Shown: in pieces, positions 49,211 through 60,307 of the stretch
How positions within the stretch are numbered: the first letter of the stretch is position 1
Layout: every line of letters starts with the position of its first letter
From: Nemertoderma westbladi
Taxonomy: Eukaryota; Animalia; Xenacoelomorpha
NCBI GenBank assembly: GCA_032718475.1
Contig: JAUCBJ010001929.1
Span: forward strand, 18,718 to 82,717
Reading direction: 5' to 3'
DNA: 64,000 nt
Notes under the pieces: model-generated
Database searches by the model: none
Seen by the model: the letters and a program-made list of their open reading frames with translations, nothing else
What the model was told of the DNA's origin: nothing
Made by a program: the position numbers and the translations under genes

Positions 49211-50550
49211 ATTACTAGTTGTTGTTTATTGTTGCTCGTTGTTGCTCATTGTTACTAGTTGTTGTTCATTGTTGCTCATTGTTACTAGTTGTTGTTCATT
49301 GTTGCTCGTTGTTGCTCATTGTTACTAGTTGTTGTTCATTGTTGCTCGTTGTTGCTCATTGTTACTAGTTGTTGTTCATTGTTGCTCGTTGTTGCTCAGT
49401 GTTACTAGCTGTTGTTCATTGTTGCTCGTTGTTGCTCATTGTTACTAGTTGTTGTTCATTGTTGCTCATTGTTGCTCGTTGTTACTAGTTGTTGTTCATT
49501 GTTGCTCGTTGTTGCTCATTGTTACTAGTTGTTGTTCATTGTTGCTCATTGTTGCTCATTGTTACTAGTTGTTGTTCATTGTTGCTCGTTGTTGCTCATT
49601 GTTACTAGTTGTTGTTCATTGTTGCTCGTTGTTGCTCAGTGTTACTAGCTGTTGTTCATTGTTGCTCATTGTTGCTCGTTGTTACTAGTTGTTGTTCATT
49701 GTTGCTCGTTGTTGCTCATTGTTACTAGTTGTTGTTCATTGTTGCTCGTTGTTGCTCATTGTTACTAGTTGTTGTTCATTGTTGCTCGTTGTTGCTCAGT
49801 GTTACTAGCTGTTGTTCATTGTTGCTCGTTGTTGCTCATTGTTACTAGTTTTTGTTCATTGTTGCTCATTGTTGCTCGTTGTTACTAGTTGTTGTTCATT
49901 GTTGCTCATTGTTGCTCGTTGTTGCTCATTGTTACTTGTTGTTGTTCATTGTTGCTCGTTGTTGCTCATTGTTACTAGTTGTTGTTCATTGTTGCTCGTT
50001 GTTGCTCATTGTTACTAGTTTTTGTTCATTGCTGCTCGTTGTTGCTCATTGTTACTTGTTGCTGTTCATTGTTGCTCGTTGTTGCTCATTGTTACTAGTT
50101 GTTGTTCATTGTTGCTCATTGTTGCTCGTTGTTACTAGTTGTTGTTCATTGTTGCTCATTGTTGCTCGTTGTTGCTCGTTGTTGCTCATTGTTACTTGTT
50201 GTTGTTCATTGTTGCTCGTTGTTGCTCATTGTTACTAGTTGTTGTTCATTGTTGCTCGTTGTTGCTCATTGTTACTAGTTTTTGTTCATTGCTGCTCGTT
50301 GTTGCTCATTGTTACTTGTTGCTGTTCATTGTTGCTCGTTGTTGCTCATTGTTACTAGTTGTTGTTCATTGTTGCTCGTTGTTGCTCATTGTTACTAGTT
50401 TTTGTTCATTGCTGCTCGTTGTTGCTCATTGTTACTAGTTGTTGTTCATTGTTACTCGTTGTTGCTCATTGTTACTTGTTGTTGTTCATTGTTGCTCGTT
50501 GTTGCTCGTTGTTACTAGTTGTTGTTCATTGTTGCTCGTTGTTGCTTGTT
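49211..50550. repeat. 10-bp satellite with ~40-bp higher-order pattern
   Basis: Units GTTGTTCATT / GTTGCTCGTT / GTTGCTCATT / GTTACTAGTT stay in register for ~134 units. Confidence 0.95.
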
Positions 50551-52029
50551 GTGTATTTTAGCACCTACCCATCCACGAATATAATATCGGAATCGGTAGC
50601 AGCCGGAGTACTGATGGTTGTCGTCGGATTAGTTGTTTCAAACTTAGTAACTGTAAATAAATCTTGAACTGTTATAATCAACTTTACGAGCATCGAAACC
50701 GCTAATCTCGTAGGTAAAGTCGCTCCATTTACTTTACTAATGTAAATACTGCCCCTACTACTTTAGAGAAGGGCACAGAAACTGATGGATTCTACGCGAA
50801 TTTCGCAAACGTCGGGAATTTTTTGTTATGTAAAATATATATTTAATTAGTGCTGTTTAACTAATTTTGTAGTGACAAATTAACTAAATCCAATAATAAA
50901 TATAAATGACAAGTTAACTCATTATTACAACTAATTTTGAGGTGTTTAGTTAAATAATAATAAATAATAATAGTTGAAAATTCAACTAAAATGAACTAAA
51001 TACCAATATTTTGAATGTTTCAGGTAACCATAGCAACAACGGTTGATTTCCCGTCTCGCAACACCTCACAAACAATATTGAGTATGACTTTTCATATGAT
51101 TTTATATTTTATTCATATGATAAAATATGTTAACTTAACAATGGTTGTTGTTATTTTCATCCTCATGGAATCCCCGTTTACTAATTAAATTCGAAGTGAC
51201 AAGTTAAATAAAATCAGTTGAACTAAATAACATCAAATGACAACTTAAGTAGTTGAACTTTAAACTACATTAGTTGAATAGTTAATGTGAGTGTTAACGA
51301 CTGTTAATGTAATAATTCGCTAAGGGCGGGCAAAGAACTACTAGGTAAATTAAAGTTCAACCAAGCTAATATACTTTCATAACAAAAATCTCGAAATGTG
51401 GGCTTATATACTGTACTAGACTAACGCTAAATTTATTATAAATTTCACGAAAAGATACAATTTCACATTTACAGGAAATTGTATGTGTGTTTACAACTCT
51501 ATGTAATTTGGACCCTCAAGGTACACTGTAAATTTTGAAAGCTGTTTCACAGTGATGTAATAATTATGGTCTACTTATTTTACCATATAATGGTGCTGGA
51601 TTATTAGTCCATTAACTAAACAACTATTTCGTCAATCTAAAATAAAATACACAAACATCCAAAACCCAACCAACCAACCCACTGACATGCGAATCGGAAT
51701 CGCAAAAAATTTCCGAATCCACTGCCCTGATGATAGATACAGTAGGTTAACCAACCAAACTCGTACTTAAATAAAATCTGCCTCATACATCTAATCATTA
51801 TTCGTACTGTTTATCCAAACCTACCTTATTCCCATCCAATTTTTGCAATAAGTCCACGGAAACCCAACATTCTTTGAATTGAGGAAATCGTTATGTGTTC
51901 GGGGCGTTCTCCAGTTGTCGTCTATCTATTTTACAGTAGCAATGTATCTACACTACTGACTGAAACCAAAATGCAGCCTACCAAAAAAAAAATATATTCA
52001 AATATCCCGCTTTTACATTCCTCACAAAT

Positions 52030-54970
52030 TGATTGGTTGATTATCTCGGTTCCCGAGTTAATTCGTCGCCCGATTGTGTTGGTGCCTGAGTTATTAAGTC
52101 AGGGCAATTCAAAGTCAACAGACTCACTCAAAGACAATTCAACTCACTGATTGGTTGGTTATCTTGGGGCCCGAGATAATTCAACTCACTGATTGGTTGG
52201 TTATCTTGGGGCCCGATTAATTAAGTCGTGGCCCGATATAATTCAATGCATTGATTGGTTGGTTATTTCACGGCTAGGGTTATTAAGTCGGGGTCTGAGT
52301 TATTTAAACTCACTGATTGGTTGGTTATCTTATGGCTCGAAATATTTAGGCATGGCCCGAGATAATTCAAACCACTGATTGCTTGGTTATCTTATGGGCC
52401 AAGTTATTTAGTCGGAGCCCGAGATAATCCAATGCACTGATTGGTTGGTTATTTCAGGGCCTGAGTTATTAAGTCGGGGTCGGAGATAATTCAACTCACT
52501 GATTGGTTGGTTATATGGGGGCCCGAGATAATTCAACTCACTGATTGGTAGGTTATCACAGGGCCCTATATAATTTAACTCACTGATTGGTTGGTTATCT
52601 TGGTGCCCGAGTAATTAAGTCGTGGCCCGAGATAATTCAATGCACTGATTGGTTGGTTATTTCAGGGCTAGAGTTATTAAGTCAGAGTCTGAGTTATTTA
52701 AACTCACTGATTGGTTGGTTATCTTATGGCCCGAAATATTTAGGCGTGGCCCGAGATAATTCAAACCACTGATTGCTTGGTTATCTTATGGCCCAAGTTA
52801 TTTAGTCGGAGCCCGAGATAATCCAATGCACTGATTGGTTGGTTATTTCAGGGCCTGAGTTATTAAGTCGGGGTCGGAGATAATTCAACTCACTGATTGG
52901 TTGGTTATATGGGGGCCCGAGATAATTCAACTCACTGATTGGTAGGTTATCACAGGGCCCTATATAATTTAACTCACTGATTGGTTGGTTATCTTGGTGC
53001 CCGAGTAATTAAGTCGTGGCCCGAGATAATTCAATGCACTGATTGGTTGGTTATTTCAGGGCTAGAGTTATTAAGTCAGAGTCTGAGTTATTTAAACTCA
53101 CTGATTGGTTGGTTATCTTATGGCCCGAAATATTTAGGCGTGGCCCGAGATAATTCAAACCACTGATTGGTTGGTTATCTCGGGGCCCGAGATAATTCAA
53201 CTCACCTATTGGTTGGTTATCTTGGGGCCCCTGTAATTAAGTCGTGGCCCGAGATAATTCAATGCACTGATTGGTTGGTTATTTCAGGGCTAGTGTTATT
53301 AAGTCGGGGTCTGAGTTATTTAAACTCACTGATTGGTTGGTTATCTTATGGCCCGAAATATTTAGGCGTGGCCCGAGATAATTCAAACCACTGATTGGTT
53401 GGTTATCTTATGACCCAAGTTATTTAGTCGGAGCCCGAGGTCGGAGTCTGAGTTAATTAAACTCATTGATTGGTTGGTTATCTTTTGGCCAGAATATTAA
53501 GGCGGGGCCAGAGATAATTCAATGCACTGATTGGTTGGTTATTTCAAGGGCCTGAGTTATTAAGTCGGGGTCCGAGATAATTCAACTCACTGATTGGTTG
53601 GTTATATGGGGGCCCGAGATAATTCAACTCACTGATTGATAGGTTATCACGGGACCCTATATAATTCAACTCACTGATTGGTTGGTTATCTTGGGGCCCG
53701 AGTAATTAAGTCGTGGCCCGAGATAATTCAATGCACTGATTGGTTGGTTTTTTCAGGGCTAGAGTTATTAAGTCGGGGTATGAGTTATTTAAACTCACTG
53801 ATTGGTTGGTTATCTTATTGCCCAAAATATTTAGGCGTGGCCCGAGATAATTCAAACCACTGATTGGTTGGTTATCTTATAGCCCAAGCTATTTAGTCGT
53901 GGCCCGAGATAATTCAATGCACTGATTGGTTGGTTATTTCAGGGCTAGAGTTATTAAGTCGGGGTCTGAGTTATTTAAACTCACTGATTGGTTGGTTATC
54001 TTATGGCCCAAAATATTTAGGCATGGCCCGAGATAATTCAAACCACTGATTGGTTGGTTATCTTATGGCCCAAGTTATTTAGTCGGAGCCCAAGATAATC
54101 CAATGCACTGATTGGTTGGTTATTTCAGGGCTAGAGTTATTAAGTCGGGGTCTGAGTTAATTAAACTCACTGATTGGTTGGTTATCTTATGGCCCGAATA
54201 TTAAGGTGGGGCCCGAGATAATTCAATGCACTGATTGGTTGGTTATTTCAGGGCCTGAGTTATTAAGTCGGGGTCCGAGATAATTCAACTCACTGATTGG
54301 TTGGTTATATGGGGGCCCGAGATAATTCAACTCACTGATTGGTAGGTTATCACGGGGCCCTATATAATTCAACTCACTGATTGGTTGGTTATCTCGGGGC
54401 CCGAGATAATTCAACTCAGTAATTAAACACACTGATTGGTAGGTTATCTCAGGGCCCGAGTAATTAATTAATTCGGGGTCCGAGATAATTCAACTCACTG
54501 ATTGGTTGGTTATCTCATGGCCTGAGTTATTAAGTCGGGGTCTGAGATAATTAAACTCACTGATTGGTTGGTTTATCTCGGGGCCCGAGATAATTAAATG
54601 CACTGTTTGTTAGGGTATCTCGGGGACCGAGATAATTAAACACACTGATTGGTAGGTTATCTCGGGGACCGAGATAATTCAACGCAATGATTGGTTGGTT
54701 ATCTCGGGGCCCGAGTTATTAAGTCAGAACCCGATATAATTCAACTCACTGATTGGTAGGGTATCTCGGGGCCCGAGATAATTTAACGCAATGATTGGTT
54801 GGTTATCTCAGGGCCCGAGATAATTAAACACACTGATTGGTAGGTTATCTCGGGGCCCGAGATAATTAAACACACTGATTGGTATGTTATCTCGCGGCCC
54901 GAGTTATTTCTGTTATGATAATTTTATTTAGTTTATTATGATAATTCAATACACTGATTGGTTGGTTATC
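52030..54970. repeat. 42/62-bp CCAAT-box satellite with a 394-bp higher-order repeat
   Basis: Same monomer as 33840-35100. Shadow ORFs start at 52193, 52587 and 52981 (period 394 = 5x62 + 2x42). Confidence 0.95.
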
Positions 54971-56119
54971 TTGTCTCCAAACGTAAATTCTAATTGGGAA
55001 ATTGCTAAACGTTTGGCAGACTAAATCGTCCCTTTCATTTAGAAACCACCTACAGTCGGAAGCTACAGTACAGACCTGTTCTTTGAGATTTTCTCAAAGT
55101 TTTTCTAAAAGTGTCTAAAAGTCATTACATTACTCCCAACGGCCGCTTTGAATTCTTGTAGACACTTTTAGTTTGGAATCTCAAAAGTGATTTCCTGCTT
55201 TTAGGCACTTTGAATTCTTTGATAAATATCACTTCGAGGTAGTTTACGGCACTTTGAATTCTTTGAGAAAATAAACTCCGAGGTATTCCTGATTGACAGC
55301 TCGTGGAAAGTTAACAGATTCAGAGGCATTCTCGGGGAACAATATCATGCGGGCAACAAAGTGATACTTGTGGGCTGGCCAGTTGTTGGCTAGAAGCTAT
55401 TCCCATAAATTTATCACATTGAGGTTCCTGAGGTCATTACGGGATGGGTTTTCGGTCGCAAGTACAAATTGAATTTACGGCACCCTTTGACAAGCATTCT
55501 ACCCCCCCCCCCCCCACCCACCCTCCCCTTCTATTTGGAAATAATAACCTTTTATAAAAGTCTTTCTAAAAACCATTTTAAAAAATCAAATAATACATGA
55601 AACATAATTAGTGAAACAAGATTAATGCTTGACAAGATTGATTAATTTAATAATAACATAATACAATATAAGATTAACAATTAATATAAGAGAAACTGCA
55701 CTGTATTTTCTCTGTGTATACGCAGTTTCATTATAATGACCTGAAGAAGCCCTGTTGGGAGAAAGTTATAATAACGGTGTACGGACACTTCCCCCCCGGA
55801 CAGTTCCCCCCCGTTCAAGTAGGACACTCCCCCCCCCCCCCGGACACTCCCCCCCCCCCCCGACTGTTCTTAACTTCGCACATTCTTATTTTCATTTTGT
55901 AAGGTAAACGGACCGCTTGTATCCAGACAAGTTGTATCCAATTTTCCTTTCTTAGCTCAGAAAGTGATCTTTTGCATCCCGATTTTACATTTTGTATCAA
56001 AGCTTTATTTACAGGTTTTATCATTGCAAATATATTGTATTGTTTGCTAATCTTTAAACAATTAATTAGATGACCTATAAATTCCATCCCCCGAATGATA
56101 TACTGTTTTTATTAACTAC

Positions 56120-59032
56120 TACTACTACTACTAGGTCGAGCGAACTCGGACAGTGGAAATGAGATCCTTCCAGGCTTCCCGATTCTCCATAGTTGTCGTA
56201 ATTTTGTTTCTCCCAAGTTCAGTATCCCTTTCAAGTTGATCTATATATGTTATGGCCAGTCGTCCACGACTACGCTTTCCATGAGTTGGTTGCCAGAAAA
56301 GTAGATCTGGTATGACCTCGTCTTTACTTCGCCAGCAGTGCCCACTGAATCTTAATCTGCGTTCACGGGGGGTGGTTGATACAGGTGGTATTGTACCATA
56401 AAGCTCGGCATTTGTCATGTGTTGTCTCCAACTGATGTTTAGGGCAGCCCTTAGTTGTGTAGCAACCATCAATTCGTTGTTCAAGTGATTTAGTCAGTAT
56501 CCAGGTCTCACCCCCGTATAAAAATACACTTTCCACTGTGGCTCGAAAGAACTTAGACTTCAGGTGCCTGGAGAGATCTGATTTCCAGATGGTATACATT
56601 TTTGATAGAGCTACCCAAGCCTTTGCTTTCCTAACTTCTATGTCCTTTTTGCTACTCTCTATCCATGATCCAAGGTACTGGAAGTCGTCAACCTTCCTTA
56701 GTTGATTATTGTCAATGGTTGTCAAGTTTCCATCAACATTAAAGGTCATGAATTCGGTCAGGGTAGCATTTATATGCAATCCAACCTCCTTAGCAGCCCT
56801 CTCCACTTTGTTTAGTAGAAGCTGTGCATATCTGCTAGGGTATTAGAGAGCAGGGCGATGTCATCCGCAAAGTCGGTGTCTGTGACTGTAGTTGCCGGAT
56901 ATCTACTACTTCTGCGTTCTTGAAGTGTGAATCCCAGGTCTTCGCTGTCCTCATTGCGTAATCCAGCACAATTACAAATAGTAATGGTGCTAATGTGTCG
57001 CCTTGCAGTACCCCATCCAGGATTGAGAAAAACTCAGTTTCACCATCTGGTGAGAGTACCTGCGCTTCTGTGTCACAATATAACAATCCAATGCCAGCAA
57101 CAATTACTTCTGGTATTCCATAAGCTCTTAGGATTTCAAGCATTTTGCCTCTATGGATGGAGTCGAATGCCTTCTTGAAGTCCACAAAAGTCATGACTGC
57201 GGGGAGATTCTTCGACTTAATTCCTTCAATCAGTCTCCGTAGTGCAAGTATCTGGGCTATTGTTGATCTACTTGGTCGAAATCCGTTTTGCCTCTTACGC
57301 AGTAGTTTATCTATGTGAGGCCTAATCCTATATAGAATCATTTTATTGTATATTTTGGCAGCTACCACAAGCAGACAGATCCCACGATAGTTTGTTGGTA
57401 TACCGAGGTCTCCTTTCTTGGGGAGAGGCTTTAGTTGACCTTTAGTCCAAATTGGTGGTGGCTTTTCCCCTTTTAACCTCAGGTTGCAAACATTCAATAA
57501 TGGTCTGTTTAGCACTCCTATTTTCCATACCTCCGCTGGGATTTCATCTAATCCACTCGCTTTATTATTGGACATGCTTTTAATGCTTCTTTGGAGTTCG
57601 GCAGGTGTGAAGTCTCCTGTTTCTATAGGTAGTGTCTTGTCATATATTTTCCTTCATCCATTGACTGAAGTGCTTCAAAGCGGTATTGAACTTCTACTGT
57701 GTAAGCATCCTTTACTGCATTGTCAGTTCTGAGTTTCTCCCAGTCATAGTTGATTTGCTTGCTTGTCCTGGGTTTGCTGGCTCTCAAACTGAGACTGATC
57801 TCTGCAGTCACAATTCTGTGGTCCGAACCAATTAGGTTGAACAAGCTGTATGCCTCGCAGTTGATCATGCTGTTTCTCCACTTTTTGTTTATAAGGATGT
57901 AATCCAGTTGTGCTTTGGTTCCATTAGGGTATTGAAAGGTCCATAGCTTCCCCTTACTCTTTTCGAATGTGTTGTTTGTTGGTATCAATTCACATTCTTG
58001 CATAAGGTCTAAAAGTAAGTACCCATTTCTGTTAGAACTGGTGTTATAGGTGTTACCCTTGATGTCTTCTGGGCCTATTTGCGCATTCAGGTCACCAGCA
58101 ATGACTTTAACATTGTGTTTTGGAATGTCCTTTATAAGTCCAGTCAGATCTTCATAAAACTTGACTGCTTGTTCTGGCTCTGAGGCATTGGTTGGACTGT
58201 AGCAACATATAACTGTTGTCTTGGGATTCCCATCAAATGTTGCGATCATAACCCTGGAATTTATAGATTCGATGTTGTTTAGGGTCTTAAGTGCAAATGG
58301 GCTTAGCAGAATTCCTACTCCGCCAATTGATGCATTGGTCGAGTTTCTTACTGCTGAGCTTGTTACTAACATCCATCCATTTCCAATGTCATTGTACTTC
58401 ATGGCAGTGTCTTCATGACAAATCCGATGTTCTTGGATGCAGATGATGTCGATGTTATATTCCATTGCCAGAGCAACCATGTCACCCTGTTTGCTATGTG
58501 CTTTCAGCGTGCGTGTGTTCATTGTTGCAATCTTTAGTGTCGTTTTACATTTCAACAGGTTGGTTCTTCTTTCTTCTCTGTGTTCTGTTCCAGTAGCCAA
58601 TTTATCGACCCCAGCCTGGTGTACCATTGAGGGATGCAGTCCTTGTTGACCCGGGCGACGACCGAGCCGGTATTTCTCCTGGAGGTTTCTCATACTCATA
58701 TCTTTCAGTTGCGAGAGTAAACCGCTTGTGGTCGCAACTCCTACAAGCGTCTTCGCAGTAGGTCGCCGTTGGTTGATTACCTTCCGCAGACCTTGTCAGC
58801 ATGTCTAGCCGTTGGTTGATTACCTTCCGCCTATCCATGGCCTACAGCCCTGCTGCCGACTGTAGGGGTCCTTTTGTTACACCTTGAAACAAGTGTGCCT
58901 CCTGGGTTAGGTATCCAGTATAGACAGAGCGGGGTGTGTATCATCTCTATTGCAGATGCGTATCAAGCCTTTGCCTATGGTGCCCTAGGCGCTATAGCCC
59001 TCAATGACTTATTTAGTTGACGTTATAGTTAG
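56120..59032 (-). mobile_element. RTE-clade LINE, both ends present, frameshifted and internally deleted
   Basis: APE (TMNTRTL, IQEHR, GDLNA, LDYIL, SDH) and RT (DFKKAFDS, GVLQGDTLAP, RRLRFSGHCWR). It has a (TAG)n tail and an 11-bp TSD TTATTAACTAC (56109-56119, 59033-59043). Confidence 0.9.
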
Positions 59033-60307
59033 TTATTAACTACAGAATTATAATAATTAATTGTTTTAATTACAGGTATTATTATGTAATAGCAGTCTTC
59101 TTCAAGTTGTAGCAGATGAGGATGAATATTATTGTTGCAATCAAAATTATACCTCTCCAGGGTAAAATCGACATGCATCGACCTGTATTCTGTGTTCAGC
59201 ATTACATTTACTGATAAACTAATTAAATTTCCTGGTTACTTGCAATATTTTTAATAGGATTTTGTTGAATTATATAATATTGTAGTAATTTATATATTAA
59301 TTTGGTTAACATTCAATACAGCTCCTACTTTAGGCTTTGTTAGTCAATTTATTATCTGATGATACAAACATGAATTAATTATTTAAAAATGGTCTCAAAG
59401 TCTTTCACCACGGGCACAGGGAATTGCCGGGGTTTGGGGACGGCAGCCTCCAACCAAAGAAGCCAATTAGTGAGCTCGTATCATTTCTCTTTATAAATAT
59501 TTAAATAAAAATTTCTACTGCAGTAACAAATTATTTGTTACTGCAGAAAAATACAATTTTTTATTACTGCAGTAATAATTAATTCTTACTTCAGTAACAA
59601 ATATTTATTACTGCAGTATTTTTTGGAGGCATTTTTATTGTTTATAGAGGTTTTTATTACTTATATTTGACCCGTCAGTCAAAGTCAATATACCCCATAC
59701 CATAGCAAGCTTCAGGCAGGACTGTATGAAATGACTGACAGTACTACTTTGAAATCTTTGAGGACACTTTGTCATTTTCTTGGACCACTTTTAAAACTTT
59801 GAGACATTTTTAGTTCTTTGAGAAAAGCTCAAAGAACAGATGCACTTTGAGACCCCGACTGTAAATTGCGTATTGATCAGTTTAAATATAGTAATTTCTG
59901 TCATTCAATTAAGCATCCTATAAAACACCATTGACAATGTTAAAAGTAAATCAATTTACATTTTACAAATTTTTATTTATTTGGGAGCACCAAAAATTGA
60001 GAAGAAAAAGAAGAGAAAGCCCACCGCCTCCATCCCCCCTCGCTACGCCTCTGATTGAGAAAAGGGTTTAGAATATTAAAAGTGTACATTCACTACTATT
60101 ATCATTATAACATTATACAAAGGTTCTGTATAAACGTAAACTGTTAATATTTTTCAGGAAGAGTTAAATTATTTCAGCAGATAATAATTTAAGATTAGAT
60201 TGATTTAAATTTATAACAAATTATTAATTGAATATAAATTATAATTATAAATGTCTTTAATTTATATCTTCTTTTAAACCACTACATCTGGTATAAAGCA
60301 TAAATAT

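Larger units (their letters stand above)
45982..59861. mobile_element. 13.9-kb composite segment bounded by ~200-bp inverted transposon ends and a TA duplication
   Basis: Left end CAGTCGGGGTCTCAAAGTGC (45982-46164) and right end 59658-59861 are inverted. The flanks rejoin into the reverse complement of the empty site around TA 32833-32834. Confidence 0.8.

Noticed and set aside
49812-50667. Cys/Leu/Val-rich ORFs
   Set aside because: Translation artefacts of the 10-bp satellite.
52030-54970. CRISPR-like array or repeat-protein genes (61-75 aa ORFs)
   Set aside because: No unique spacers, no cas genes and a eukaryotic context. The ORFs are satellite shadows with non-ATG starts.
58840-59032. 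HDV-like ribozyme at the RTE 5' end
   Set aside because: I could not build the nested double pseudoknot by eye. A descriptor search would be needed.
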